A stretch of DNA of 64,000 bases from Sphyrna mokarran (GCA_024679065.1 JAGIQG010000009.1:99324001-99388000), one strand, 5' to 3'. Positions 37,751 through 51,998 are shown, numbered from the stretch's first letter. Notes: a model not told the origin generated them from the sequence alone. Numbers and translations are program-made.

Positions 37751-38612
37751 GAGGAAAACACGCCTCTGTCAACATCAAAGGCGACAGTACAGTTAAGAAA
37801 GCTCACCACTTTCTCAGAAGACGAAGGAAATTTGGCATGTCAGCTTCGATTCTCACCAATCATTGAAGATGCACCATCGAAAATATTCTTTCTGGTTGCA
37901 TCATAGCTTGGTATGGATCCTGCTGTGGAATTTTCTGGACACCAGGAAACTACTAAGGTTCCTGAATGTAGCCCAACTCATCATGCAAACCAGCCTCGTA
38001 TCCATTAACTATGTTTACCCTTACCCCTGCTTTAGAAAAGCAGTCAATTAATTAAGAACCCTACGCACGAGGGATATACTCTTAAAAGTTAACTTGCTCG
38101 TCACAAGTAAGGCTGGCATTAACATTCCAATGAAGTTACTGTGAAATTCTCCCAGCTGCTCCAATCCGGCGCCTGTTTGTGTCGATGCACCTAACTAGCA
38201 TGCTTTTTGGACGTGGGAGGAAACCGACACAGACACAGGAGAATATGCAAACTCCACATGGACAGCAACCCAAGCCAGGAACAGAACCTGGGTCTGTAGC
38301 GTTATGAAGCAGCGGAGCTAACCACTGAGCTATCATGCCGTCCGTTCTACCTTTTTCCGTCAGGAAAAAAGAGACAATGTTCATGTACTAACCCTCGAGC
38401 AGAATTTCTTCCCCGCTGCTATCAGACTTTTGAATGAACCTACCTCGCACTAAGTTGATCTTTCTCTACACCCAGCTATAACTGTAACACTACATTTGCA
38501 CTCCGTTCCTTCTCTACGAATGGTATGGTTTGTGTATTGTGCAAGAAACAATACTTTTCGCCGTATGCAAATGCATGTGACAACAACAAATCAAATCAAA
38601 TTAAAATCAAAG
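37750..38612 (+). mobile_element. Rex1/Babar-like LINE 3' fragment, with a minus-strand SINE inserted at about 38085-38342
   Basis: Translates across frames to FLRRRRKFGMSASILTN..RCTIENILSGCIIAWYG; tail catgtgacaacaacaaatcaaatcaaa. Confidence 0.65.
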
Positions 38613-39413
38613 TGGTCATAAATATCAGGCGAGACGAGGTAAGTTCAAAACTCAGATGAGGATTCCCGAATCCTCTCATCTATGGAACTCAGTATCCCGA
38701 AGTGCAGTGGAGGCAGAAGCATCAAGAACTTCAAGAAAAATTCAGATGACAAAACGGATTAAAAGACTGTGGTCAGCAGTAGGAAAGTGGAGTTTCGACC
38801 AGAATTCAATCAGCCCTGATCATACTAAATGGCAGAGCAGACTCGAAAGGCTGAATTGCTTGCTACTGCCTCAAATTCATTTTTTACTCCATTCCTATAA
38901 TCCTGGAATAAGAAATAGACGAGGTTCCTTTTCTTCAATTAATGCAATCTGTTTCAAACACGTTTGAAATAACGTACACAACTCTGTGAAACGCACACTA
39001 GAATTCAGCTATTTGACGTAGAAGAAGTGCACGTTCTCCAAAGTTTTTTTATGAATCGAAAGATTCGGCAATGAGGAGTGACTGCATTAAGTACTCTTGC
39101 AGACCTTAGAATATTAAATTTCGTTAAGAATTTTAGGATAATTATTAAAAGTAGATCGGCTATATGGAGAGAAGTTTTGCTGCTGCTGACGAAATCTAAT
39201 GCGAAAGGCATATGTTTTTTGAGTCAGATTTCCCTCCATGCCATTATTGGATGAGTTTAGAAATTAAAGTGCCAGTTTCCTTCTGTGCTCAGGCTCTACC
39301 TAAATGACATTGATGATAGCTTTGCTGGAATATATTATCTGACATTACGTTTTCTAAGGAAAATTACTTTCTCTTAAGTTACACATTGAAGACATTTTGA
39401 TGGCGTTTCTTAC

Positions 39414-39449
39414 CGCTCAGCTGTTTAAGTTTCTCGCATTTTTCGAGCT
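39414..39449 (-). CDS. Micro-exon 11 (36 nt): (E)LEKCEKLKQLS
   Basis: ttttaaacttctcag|AGCTCGAAAAATGCGAGAAACTTAAACAGCTGAGCG|gtaaga. Confidence 0.88.
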
Positions 39450-39806
39450 CTGAGAAGTTTAAAAGCAGTCTTAAGTGTACGGTTCCAGAAATCAGCAATG
39501 GCCTTTCCATTTAGGCATAGCTTACTTTGTGCAGTTCTTGGGAGAGATTAGAAATGAATTCTGGTGATACATTTGCAGCCCTAATTTTTTCTTGCATTTG
39601 TGCCAAGTTATATAAAAAAGACATTTTTCCTGTTTATGCCATCAGGAAAGACACGTGGAAAAGTCTACATTATCATCTTTTGATGCATTTTATGTGATTG
39701 TTGCAACCCATGTTCAAACATCCATACTGTTCAGGCGGAGCTTTAGATACTAAAACGGTTCAACATTACACGAAGTAACTAGAATTTTCTAATTCCAGAC
39801 TTTTAC

Positions 39807-39833
39807 CATTACTTGCATCCTGCAGTTGTGACT
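39807..39833 (-). CDS. Micro-exon 10 (27 nt): (E)SQLQDASN
   Basis: attattatttcacag|AGTCACAACTGCAGGATGCAAGTAATG|gtaaaa. Confidence 0.85.
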
Positions 39834-40319
39834 CTGTGAAATAATAATGAAAGTAAAATAAATAAAGAGATAAACGTAAACAGGTTGAAGTTATATAACG
39901 ACTTCATTCTAATAAATCGTTCAATGTCACTTTTAAAACAATTATAAAACAAGATAGTACAGGCAGATGATGCTGTTGCTTTTAAAAAATCCTTCCTGAA
40001 GGAATGGAAAAAGCGAAGGACAGGAGGGAAGGGACACGAGAATGGCAGACGAGTGTATTTCAGAAATCAATGCCTTGACAGGTGGACCATCGCCTGTGGT
40101 TTGCTTAAAATTCGGAAGGGTATAGGGACTGGAAATAGCCGAGTACAGTTATGGCTGCAGACTGGCGCAATTCACACAGATAAAGCTAGAAACGCTTTGG
40201 AGGCATTTAAATACAGCGACGATCAATTAAAATTCTGAGCTTTGCTTCAATCGAACGTGTTAAGTATGGGTAAGAGTCTTTGAATGACTTCAAGTTTACA
40301 CAAGGCAGAATTTCTTCTG

Positions 40320-40665
40320 GGGAGGCAATGGCCAAGTAGTATTGTCCTAGACTACTGACCAAGAAACTCTGCTAATATTCTGTATTCAAATCCTAACACG
40401 CCAACCTGCTGGAGCCTGAATTCAGTGAAAACTGGCTTGAAATTAGTAATCTACAGGTAAGCATGAAAGTATAATTGACTGTCGGAAAAATCCATCTGAT
40501 TCACGAAGGTCCTTTACGGATGGAAATTGGCTGTTCTAGCTGGTCTGGCCTACTCTGGATCTCGAGAGGACTACTCTGCAGCCACGGCAGCCTTGGGCAA
40601 CTCAGGATGCAATAAATGCTGGCCCAGCCAGCGACACCCATGTCCCAGAAATGAATTTAATAAAA
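40320..40665 (+). mobile_element. tRNA-derived SINE of a second elasmobranch family
   Basis: ggaggcaatggccaagtagtatt head; tail gggcaactcaggatgcaataaatgctggcccagccagcgacacccatgtccc. Confidence 0.65.
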
Positions 40666-40959
40666 CAAGGGGCTGATTTGCTTAATGACGAGAACGTCCC
40701 GTTTGAAAATAGGAAGATCTCTTCCCAATGTTACCTCTTTTCTTTGCAAAATTTTGACATGATGACAATTACAGATATGTGGAGCAAACGAGCAAGCGAG
40801 AGATAAATGGACCAGCGTAAGCATATACCAATCTTGAGTTAATTAAATTATAATTGAAGTTTTAGCACCAGATAATCTAAGAAAGTAACGAAGCTGGGCG
40901 ATATTACGAAGGTGGACATAATGTATTCATAATATACAACGAAACATCATTGGCGAAAC

Positions 40960-42640
40960 AAGTTATTTTATTGCCCATTCCTAAGTGCTCATGAGAATGC
41001 ACCTTCCCATGGGCACTTAGGTCTACATTCTTGGCTTGGAGGAGCACATGTGGCATAAGGCCAACCACAATGCTGGTGAGAGTACTGTGATTTTAATCCG
41101 CGACACTAAGACACAGAGTTATAGTTCCAAATCAGAACGGTGTGTGTATTGGTAGTCAACGCGAAAGTGCTGATTTTTCCAAGTATCTTCTAACCTGGCT
41201 CTTCTCCATGATAGAATTTGCGAGCTTGTAAAGTGTTGACGGATGAGACTTAGTGAGTTGCTGCAGTACATCTTGTACTTGGTATACACAGTTACAACTT
41301 TGTGGCTGTGATGTAGGGAATGGGTATATGAACTGTTCATTGGGTTAGTAGTGAAGCAGGTTGCCTTGTTCTGGATGGCATCGAGCTTATTGAATGTATT
41401 GAAGCTGCAATCATCCGAGAAAATACAGGGTTCTCTATCACAATCATAACTTGTATCTTGGAGATGGTAGACAGTCTTTAGAATATCAGAAAATTAGTTA
41501 ATCTCCACAGAATGCTTAGCATTTGACGTGCTCCTGTAGTCACAGTATTTATGTTGCTGATCCAGTTCAGTTTCTGGTCAATGATAACACCCAGATATTA
41601 AACAATGGTCATGGCATTGAACGTGCAAGAGAGAAGGATTTTTTTAATGGAATGGTCATTTCTCGCATTACTGTGGGGCATATGTTACATGCCAATTACC
41701 AGCTGAAGACTGAATATTGCCCTTGTCTTGCTGCTTCAGTGTGAATGGAGTCACGAGAAATTCTGATACTTGTGCAATCGTAAGCTAATATCCCTATCGT
41801 TTTCTAATGATGGAGGGAGAGTCATTGATGGAGCAGATGAATATTTTTCGCTCAGGAAAATACCCCGAAGAAATCCTGCAAAATGCTTCGCGATTGAAGT
41901 AATTCACTGCTAATGGCAACAGCTACCCTGCTCTGTGGTGGGTGTGTGACTCCAACCACTAGTTAGTTTCTCTCATTAATTTTCATTGAGTCCTGTTTGT
42001 GTAGTAATTGTCGTCGAATCAGTAAAATGCCACCTCAATATCTAAAGCAGTCATTATCACGTCAATATTTGATTTCAGTTCAGTTGGCTTACGTTTGGAC
42101 CATTGTAATATTATCAAGAACTGCATAGCCCTGCCGGATTGCAAAATGAGCCTCAGGAGCGTGTCATTGCTGAATCAAAGCTACTTGATATATTGCATAC
42201 GACCTCTTCGATGACATTTCTTATGATTGAGCGTGCACTGACAGTGCGGATCATAATTCTATTGAGTCGTCCTGTTTCTTCTGCATAGGATATACTGGGC
42301 AGTTTTCCATATTTCCGGGCAGATGACTGTTGTAAATGCACTGGAAGATCTTGGCTCAGAGTATTATTGTTAGAATATTCAGAGATCAATACCTTTGCTG
42401 TAACCAGTGCCTTTTTACGCACAGGGTGAGCAAAATTGACTGAACACTGGCACCTGTGATACTGGACAGATCTGAAGGATGCAGAGATTGACCATTGGCT
42501 TCACACTTCAGGCTGAAGATTGTTGAAAATCCTGCACCCTTGATTTTTATATTAATTTTCTGAGTTCCCATTTTTTGAAATTGGTCGTATTGATCGACCC
42601 TCTCCCCCACAGAAAGATGTTTCACTGATCAAATCATCCA
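40960..42640 (-). mobile_element. Degraded L2/CR1-group LINE
   Basis: Reverse complement resembles the + strand remnant at 54900-56690; starts tttattgcccattcctaagtgc. Confidence 0.5.
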
Positions 42641-43359
42641 AGTGTCACTGGGCTTTGAATAGCCTAGTTTACCGTTCAATAATTTCCAGGAAGAGGGATG
42701 GTGTCTGTAGCTAAGGAATAGAATTTGGACCAAGAATAAAAACTAACGTTTCAGTCCTTGCAGTGTTTAATTGAATGAACGCTATGTCCATGCAGTTCTA
42801 GGTATTGGATGAACAGGAAATCCAGCAAATATAAAGCCATTGGTAGAGGGGCTCTGGAAATAAGTTGTGCATCCTTCAAAACATCGGTTGATCCTTGTAA
42901 GCAGAACAATGTTCAGTTCTGTTTGCGACCATTGGGACGTGGGCAGTCACTGTCGATTATGATTATTATGGCAGCCGTGGCATTTTGGAATGAAACATTT
43001 GAAAATTCCTGTCCCTCTTGAGTTCAAAGTACTGTGCAGCTTGAAGCTGAGCTTTTAAAGAAGTGTGGCATTTTAAACTAGTTTTTAAGAATTCAAGTCT
43101 ATTTGAAATGATTGTCATTCATATCTTAATAATATTACTTTTCACAAAACATATTAGAAAAAGTGGCACTAACGCCAAGATACAACAAAATGGCCATTTT
43201 GTTTTATTGTGTTACACAAGGTATAATCTGCCGAAAATCAATTAGATTTCTGCAGGCGTTGGCGTTTTATTATAGTTTGCAGGTTGCTCTAAAACTTTGT
43301 CGAAGTATTGACAGAGGTGGTGCAGGAAGAGACAAAGCGTTTTTTGGTGCCTCATAGGT

Positions 43360-44200
43360 TTGGAGACACACAGCTCCAGAAGAGGGCACTCTGTCCATCG
43401 TGCCAAGTCCTGATCTATTCTAATCTCATTTTCCAGTACTTAGTCAGTGGCCTTAATGCTACGCCGATTCAAGTGCTTATATCATTTCCTCTTAACTTTT
43501 CTGAGGGCTCCTACCGCTAACACTCTTTACGGTAATGAATTCCAGATTCCCACCATCCATTGAGTTGAAACGACTTTTTCCCTGAATCCTCTTTAATTCT
43601 CCTGCCTATTAACTGAAAAATATGGCGCCTTGTTATTGAAAGCTCCAGTAAGTGGAGAGATGTTTTCCTATCTACCCTATCAATGTCTTTTATAATTTTG
43701 TACTTTTCAATTAGGTCTGTCTTCTCCACCCCCATTTCTCCTCACCCTCCCGTCAGCCATCCCTGTTCTAAGGAGAAAAGCTCTAGCATTACCAGCCTCT
43801 CTTCATAATGAAAACGCTGCAGCATAGGCAACATCCTGCTAAATCTCCACTGTGATTAAATTCTCCCTGTAGTATGACATCCAGAAATGCAAACAATACT
43901 CGAGCTGTGGACTGACTGACGCGTATTTTATAAAATTTCATTATAACTTCCCTGCTCCTCTATCCTATGTCTTGGCTAATGAAGATAAATATCTCTTATG
44001 CTTTTTTATGCGCATTTTCTTCCTGTCCTTCTGCCTTCAGGGATCTATGTATATAAGTTCCTCTGATCCTATGTATTTCTGTTCCTTGCGTTTATATCCT
44101 CTCAAAATGCATCATATCACACTTTTCAGGTTTAGTGACATTTCATTAACTGAATTATTCTCTCCAGGGATACTACCAAACATTATGACTTTTCTTTTTA
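43360..44200 (-). mobile_element. Degraded CR1-like LINE, 3' region
   Basis: ORF 43517..43735 DLIEKYKIIKDIDRVDRK...ITRRHIFQL. Confidence 0.7.
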
Positions 44201-45029
44201 CTTTATGACTTACATACCTGCTACAAAACTATTAAATTCTGTATCCATGAATGACCTCATTCTGCACTGCAGGCGTTCTATGATTCTATTCAAAGAATGC
44301 TTTATTGAGCTGTCCCAAAACTATTACATTTATTATGCCTTGATATTTTTATGCGTAACACAAGAAATGCATTAGTAATTGACGCAGCTCTTCTAATGCT
44401 GTTGGAATTCTGTTGGATTGGCAATTACGATTGTTGTTTGCACAGCTGATCTGATGGTGCATGACTTGCGAATGTGTTTACAATTTGTATTGTTTGTTAT
44501 ATATTGCTCTAAAGACATTGAACTTCTGAAGACATTGCAAGTATTTTTCCGACTAATAAATGTCATAGAAATAGTCGCAACTGCTTGATATTCTCTGAAG
44601 CATAGGACGGATTATCAATGGACTAATGATGCTCGCTGGTGTGGTATAATGAATGGGATGAGTAGACAAAGAAAATGAATGATGGATGAAATTTTGGTGT
44701 AAAAAATGATGCTAAATTAAGTTAAATGAGACAGGGAGCATCGTGCTAGGTGGACTCAAGAACAACTTGATCCACGAAGCCATCTGACTTTTGAATGGAC
44801 CTACCTTGTATTAAGTTGTTCTTTCTCTACATCCCAGTTATGACTGTAAAACTATATTCGGCAACTACTACTTTCTCTCGCTCTTTACAGTATATATTGT
44901 TTGCACAGCATGCAAGAAACTATGTTTTTACTGCAAACTAATACATGTGACAATAATACAAACCAAATCAGAGTATGAGTTGAAGTTGGATCTCAGGGAA
45001 TCAGATTCATGTTGGAGTTAATTTCCATT

Positions 45030-46360
45030 ACTTAAGAAAGGAAGTAGGAATAATTGTATGAATTACATGGTGGTCAACCTGATGCCCGTGGTGGGAAAGT
45101 TTTGAAAAAGATACTGATGGACAAGATATATGTACGTTTGAAAGAAATGGAATAGGTAGTGATGGGTAGCATGGTTTTGTACGGGAAGATCATGTCTCAT
45201 CAACTTGATGGAGTTCTTGGAAGAGGTGTCAAAGATTATTGATGAGGGAAAGGCTGTGGATGTAGGTTATATGGATTTAGTAAGGCGTTTGACAAGGTCC
45301 CACATGAGGGACTGGCACGAAACTGAAATCACATGGGATACGGGGTGGGCTGACTAGATGAATACAGAGCAGGTTTGGTCCTTGGTGACAGAGAGTAATG
45401 GAGATCTGTCACTAGTAGTATTCTGCGGGGATTATTTCTAGAACCTCTGTTGTTTGTAGTATATACAAGTATCTGGAGGAAAATGTGGGTGGCCTGATAA
45501 GGAAGTTTGTGGATGACATGAAAAGATTGATGGAGTTGCTGATAGAGCTGAGGATTGCCACAGGATGCAACAAGATATCGATAGACTGGAGACTTGGGCT
45601 TAGATGAATTTTGGAGGATCAAATTTCGGTATGAAAATGTGAAGATATCGTGGAATCTGGGCTGCAGGTTCACATTTTCCTAAAAGGTGCAACACAAGTG
45701 TTCAAGGTGATTGAGAATGTGTATACCATGCTTGCCTTCATTGGCCAGGACATTGAGGACATGAGTTGGCAAATCTTGCTGCTGCTATGTAAAATCTTGG
45801 TTATGTCCCATTTCAATTATTGCTAGCTGTCCTAGTCGCCACAGTACCAGAAAGATGTATAAGCTTTGAAAAGAATGCAACGAATGTTCACCAGATGTTG
45901 TCTGTTTTTGAGAGCATTGACTATGAGGAGAGGTTGAAGAAATTAGAATTGTTGCCAATGGAAAGACAAATGTTAAGGGAAGGCCTGATGGAGCTCTACA
46001 AAATTATGAGACAGATTGATACGATGGATCGACAGAAGCACTTTCCCAGAATGAAAGTGCCGATTACAAGAGCATCTCCACTTCGTAATTACAAGAGAAC
46101 AAAGGTTCAAAATGAGTGGGAGAATTTTTAAGAACGATGTGTGGGAAAGATTTTCAAGCAGAGTGATGGGTGCCTGGAATGTGCTACCTGAAGAGATAGA
46201 ACATTAACATCATCTGAGAGGAACCTGGTTGTGTGTACGCTGAGGGAGGGAACAGAGAGATGCAGACTGAGCAAGGGCAGAATTTTTATTTAGTTTAATT
46301 AGAGCATCATGATCAGCGCGGGACGGAGGACCAAAAGTCGTTTACTTTGTTCTTTGTTCA
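45030..46360 (+). mobile_element. Degraded CR1-like LINE (RT to 3' end)
   Basis: gatgagggaaaggctgtggatgtaggttatatggatttagtaaggcgtttgacaaggtcc (DEGKAVDV.YMD..KAFDKV); ORF 45820..46131 DYEERLKKLELL. Confidence 0.8.
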
Positions 46361-46564
46361 GCTTTGAAGTTGTGAAAGCGCACTTTGGATAATAATTGCA
46401 GGAGACATAGTACGACATATTTCATTTGGCAATATTGCGCTCATTTAGCATTTCCACGTGTTTGTTTGGCACTCAATTTGTAGAGATATTATGCTTATCG
46501 GAATGACAATTCAATAAAATACACATATATGTGTGATCGAACCATTATACATATATATTTTCAC

Positions 46565-46600
46565 CTAAAGTTTGTATGGTTTGTTTCAGTTTATTCAGTT
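46565..46600 (-). CDS. Micro-exon 9 (36 nt): (E)LNKLKQTIQTL
   Basis: tttcttctttatctttcag|AACTGAATAAACTGAAACAAACCATACAAACTTTAG|gtgaaa. Confidence 0.88.
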
Positions 46601-47649
46601 CTGAAAGATAAAGAAGAAACATTTAAGATTTTATACTGTCTCGCACATTTACCGATTGTCTTGAATTACAGTAAATTTAAGTGAAACAATTAACAGGAAA
46701 ACTATACGCATCATATTTTCATAGACTTTGCAATGATCAGCAGGGACTTTTTTCCAGGAACTGATAATATGGATAAAAGGCACCACGTTCGTATTCTATT
46801 AACTTCAAGTCACGTACAATCATGTAACTTCCATTCTATGCCCGCAGCGAGCATTCACTTGACTTGAACCTTCAACAATGTTGAACAAGGCAATAATATC
46901 TGGCCAAAGTAGTTTGCTTGTATAGGACTGCACACATAAAGATTTACGTCCTTAAATATGAGTTATGGAAGATACAGTTTCCGTGGACAGAAACGACACA
47001 ACAGGATAGTACGATACTTACCTTGTGCTAGGATGAAGGATGTCTCAGAGCTGTTACAGGGCATTTCTAAGGCAGGGGGCATGGTAAACAGCCTGTGGCT
47101 GTTGTACACATCGGAACCAATGACAAAACTAAACAGATGGGTGAAGTCTGAAAGTTCACAATAAAATCAAGAAGGATGTGATCTCAGTATCATTCCTTGT
47201 GCCATTTACTAGTCAGTTTAAAAATATCAAAATGTATTGGATTGATATGTGGCTCAGGACATTTGGAGAGGATTTTCGATTCTGCGGAAGGTGTGAACTG
47301 TATAAACTAAGTCAGTTACACCTGGGAAGGGCCAGTGCCGATGTCTGAACGCTTGCTAAAATGGTTGGAAAGTGCTTAGATCAAAATACCCGGGGAATGA
47401 TAACCTATGCAAGGAATCAGAAGAAGAGGAATCAAGGAAAAATGAAGAAAGACAGAGAGGAGATTAGGAAAAGTGATAAGAAGAGAAAATAAGGGCGAGA
47501 TTCAAAAGTCCCTCACTGAAAAATACTCAGAACATGGCAAGTAATGTTGACAAGACGAACTGAAAGGCTTAGCGCCATAATGCGTGGAGCATTGGCAATA
47601 AAGTGGATGATTTAATCATGCGAATAAATACAAATGGATATGATATTGG

Positions 47650-47962
47650 AAGTGGCATGGTGGCACGGTGGATAGCACTGCTGCCTCACAAGTCAGAAAC
47701 CGGGTTAAATTCTCACCTTGGGTTATTATCTGTGTGGATTTTCCATATTCTCCCGATGTCTGCATTGTTTTCCTCCGAGGGCTGTGGTTTCCTCCCATGG
47801 TTCGAAGATGGCTGTGCTAAAAAAATGACCGCCTTGTCAGGGGAATTAGTGGGTAAATATCTGGGGTTACGGGAACAAGTCCTGGATGGGATTGTGGTCG
47901 GTACAGACTCGATGGGCCGAATGGTCTCCTTTTGCACTGTTCGGGTTTCTATGATTCCATAA
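47650..47962 (+). mobile_element. HE1-type SINE
   Basis: ggcatggtggcacggtggatagcactgctgcctcaca...gactcgatgggccgaatggtctcct. Confidence 0.8.
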
Positions 47963-49009
47963 TTTGGTCAAGATTAAAAAGACAAAGCTATAGGCTGACC
48001 ACGAATGGAAACTGGACATCCAGGAGTATTCAGTTTTAGGAAAAAATTTAAAGAAATAGAATGGCTAGATAAAGAGGAACTTAATACATAATGTTAAAGG
48101 ATGTTAGCTACGGCAATGTGAAATCAATATAGCTAGAGCTAAGAAACACCAAGAAGAACAAAATGCTTGCAGCGGTTGTATATAGATCCTGGATTGTTGT
48201 GATGTTACAAATTACATTAAACAGGAAATTTGAAATGTATGTGATGAAGAAACATCTTTAATAATGGGTGAATTTAATCTGCATATAGATATGGGGGCAC
48301 TCATCCGACGAAGAGGCAGAGCCCTGAAATCTAGTGGCGTTTGCTACCAAATAAACCTGTTGGACTTTAACCTGGTGTTGTGGGACTTCTTATTGCGAAC
48401 AACTGACTACATACCTTTGTTCTGTCCTGACAAAGGAGGATACAAATAAATTACTAGAAATGTTGGGGAACATAGGGTGTGAATGGGGTTGAAGGACAAT
48501 AAATCCCCAGGGCCCGATAACCTACGTATCATTGTAATTATAGAAGCCAACCAAGAAATAGTCGATGAATGGCTCGTCATTTTCTAAGATTGTATATACT
48601 CTGTAACAGTTCCTATAGATTAAAATGTAGCTTGTGGAAACTCAATATTTTTTTAAAAAGGAGCTAAATAGAAATTAATGGATTATAGACCAGAAGCCTG
48701 ACGTCGGCATTGGGGAAAATTCTAGAAGCTATTATTAAAGATTTTGTCGAAAAACACTCAGAAAGCAGTGACAGTTTCAGACAGAATTTAAGAAAAGTAA
48801 ACATTGCTTGGCAAAGCTGTTGAATTCCTTGGAGATGTAGCTGGTAGAGTTGATAAGTGGGAGATAGCGAATGTGATTTATTTCGACCTTCTAAAGGCTT
48901 CGGATAAAATTCCACGTAAGAGATTTAATTTTAAACTTCATTGGATTGAGGTTAATGCTTCGAGGTGGATAGAAAATTGGTTGGCAGGTAGGAACCACAG
49001 AATAGGAAC

Positions 49010-51326
49010 ACACACAGAACACAGAACACAGAACATTACAGCACAGAACAGGCCCTTCGGCCTTCGATGTTGTGCCGACCAAAATAAAAAGCAATGCCCC
49101 TCCAAACTAAACCATTCCCTTCTCTTCCATATACTTATCAATTACCTCTTAAACGCCACCAAACTTGGCGCATCTACAACAGCTGCAGGCAGGGCATTCC
49201 ACTCCCTAATCACTCTTTGAGTAAAGAACCTACCTCTGATATCCGTCCTATAACTCATACCCCTTAATTTAAATCTGTGTCCCTTCGTGCTAGCTTTCTC
49301 CATCCTAGGAAAAAGGCTATCACTGTCCACCCTATCTCAACCTCTAATCATCCTATATGCTTCAATAAGATCCCCTCTTAGCCGCCTCCTTTCTAACGAA
49401 AACAACCTCAAATCCTTCAACCTCTCTTCATAGGACCTGCCTCCATACCAGGCAACATCCTGGTAAACCTCCTCTGTACCCTCTCCAATGCCTCCACATC
49501 TTTCTTATAATGTGGCGACCAGAACTGCACACAATACTCCAAGTGCGTCCGCACTAGAGTTTTGTACAGTTGCAACATGATGCTGCGGCTCCTAAATTCA
49601 ATCCCCCTACCAATAAAAGCTAAGACTCCATAAGCCTTCTTAACAACTTTATCCACTTGACTGCCTACTTCCAGGGATCTATTGACACATACACCAAGAT
49701 CCTTCTGTTCCTCAACAATATTAAGAGCCCTACCATTAGCCCTATACTCTACACATTTATTGTTCCTGCCAAAGTGCATTACCTCACACTTTTCCACATT
49801 AAACTCCATTTGCCACCTCTCGGCCCAGCTTTGCAACTTGTCCAAGTCACTCTGTAAACTAAAACACCCCTCTTCACTATCTACCACACCACCAACTTTA
49901 GTATCATCTGCAAATTTACTGATCCATCCCTCAATACCCTCATCCAGATCATTTATAAAAATTACAAACATCAGGGGCCCCAAAACAGACCCCTGAGGCA
50001 CACCACTCGTCACCGAACTCCACGATGAATATCTCCCATCACCCACCACCCTCTGTCTTCTATCTGCCAGCCAATTCCTAATCCAATTAGCTAAATCACC
50101 CTCTATTCCACACATCTGCATTTTCTGTAGAAGTCTTCCATTGGCCACCTTATCAAACGCCTTACTAAAGTCCATATATACCACATCAACCGCCTTACCC
50201 CCATCCACCTCTTTGGTCACTTTTTCAAAAAACTCAATGAGTTAGTAAGGCACGACCTACCCTTCACAAAACCATGCTGACTATCCCCTATCAATTCATT
50301 TCTCTCTAAATAACTATAAATCCTATCCCTAATAATTCTCTCCAATACTTTGCCCACAACAGAAGTAAGACTCACTGGCCTATAATTCCCTGGAAGTTCT
50401 CTCTTCCCCTTCTTGAACAATGGGACCACATTCGCTATCCTCCAGTCCTCCGGAACCTCACCTGTAACCAACGACGACCTGAAGATCAGAGCCAGAGGCT
50501 CTGCAATCTCCTCTCTTGCCTCCCAGAGAATCCTAGGGTAAATCCCGTCCGGCCCAGGGGACTTATCAACTTCAAACCCTCGAGAATTTCTAACACATCC
50601 TCCCTATCTACTACCATACTTCCCAATTTGCAACCCTGTACCTCAGTGTTCTCCATAGCTACATTTCCAGCACTCTGCGTGAATACCGAAGAGAAATATT
50701 TATTCAGTGCCTCACCAATCTCTTCAGGCTCCACGCACAACTTCCCACGGCTGTCTATGACTGGCCCTAATCTTGCCCTAACCAATCTTCTATTCTTAAC
50801 ATATCGAAAGAAAGCTTTAGGATTCTCCTTAATCCTATCAGCCAACATCTTCTCGTGTCCCTTCTTAGCTCTCCTCAATTCACTTTTTAGCTCCTTCCTG
50901 GCTAATCTATAGCTATCCATTGCACTAACTGAGCCTTCAAGCCTCATCCTGACATACGCCTCCTTTTTCTTCTTAACCAGCAAATCAACTTTTTTCGTAC
51001 ACCAAGGCTCTCTTACTCGACCATTTCCTCCCTTCCTGACAGGGACATACTTATCAAGGACTCGCAGCAGCTGCTCCTTGAATAAGCACCACATTCCAGA
51101 TGTTCCCAGTCCCTGTAGTTCCCTAGTCCGATCTATGCACCCTAATTCTCTCCTGATGGCCTCATAATTACCCTTCCCCCAGCTATAACTACTGCCCCCA
51201 GCTTCATGCTATCCCTGTCCATCACTAAGGTGAACATAACCGAATTGTGGTCACTATCACCAAAATGTTCACTAACTTCCAAGCCTAACACCTGGTCTGG
51301 CTCATTGCCCAGCACCAAATCCAATG
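49010..51326 (-). mobile_element. Young 5'-truncated CR1/HER1-like LINE (about 2.3 kb; end of endonuclease domain plus RT, frameshifted)
   Basis: Collinear ORFs 51142..51324 (FGDSDHN), 50486..51094, 50217..50471 (GNYRPVSLTS, QHGFVKGRSCLTN), 49417..50220 (YMDFSKAFDKV, SGVPQGSVLGP, FADDTK) and 49142..49330; tail (TGTTCTG)n. Confidence 0.95.
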
Positions 51327-51964
51327 TAGAAGAAATGGGTATTTTCCAAAATGGCAGGCAGTACCTACTGGTGTGCTACATAGATCAATGCTGGGACCCC
51401 AACTATACATGATATATATTAATGATTTAGATGAGGGAACTAAATGTAGTATCTTCAAGTTTGCAGATGACACAAACTGAGTTGTGAGGAGAGTTCACAG
51501 ATCGTTTAGCCTGATTTGGGCAAGTACAATGATTAGCCAATACAGTATAACTTGAATATATGTAAGGTTATCAATTTGGGAACAATAAAGACAAGGAAGA
51601 TAACCATCTGAAGGGCCATAACCTAGAAGAGAGGAATGTGTAACAAGACCTACTACCCTCATGCGTCATCCACTGAAGTTAAACATGTAGATGCAGCAGA
51701 CAGTAAAAAAGCATGTTAATTTGGCCTTCATAGCGCGCAGGTTCAAATACAGGAAAGGATTTCTTGATGCAATTACTCAGCGGCTTGGTGAGGTCACACC
51801 AGGAATATTGCGTGAAGTTTTGGTCTCTTTAGCTGAGGAAGGATATTCGTGCTTTAAAGAGAATGTAAGACGGTTTACGAGACTCATTCCTGGGACGGCA
51901 AGACTGACAATATTGGGATATTGAGTTAGAAAGGATTGCATTCACTAGAGTTCAAATAATGAGG

Positions 51965-51966
<2 letters not shown>

Positions 51967-51998
<32 letters not shown>

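Noticed and set aside
44217-44237. 21-nt unit (E)FNSFVA with CAG|gtatgt
   Set aside because: Purine-rich acceptor, at the edge of a LINE remnant, and it would break the 36/27 pairing of exons 9-10.
49417-50220. 267-aa reverse transcriptase ORF as a host gene or a retron/DGR-like system
   Set aside because: Ordinary CR1-clade LINE ORF2 fragment with frameshifts and a LINE tail, in eukaryotic context.
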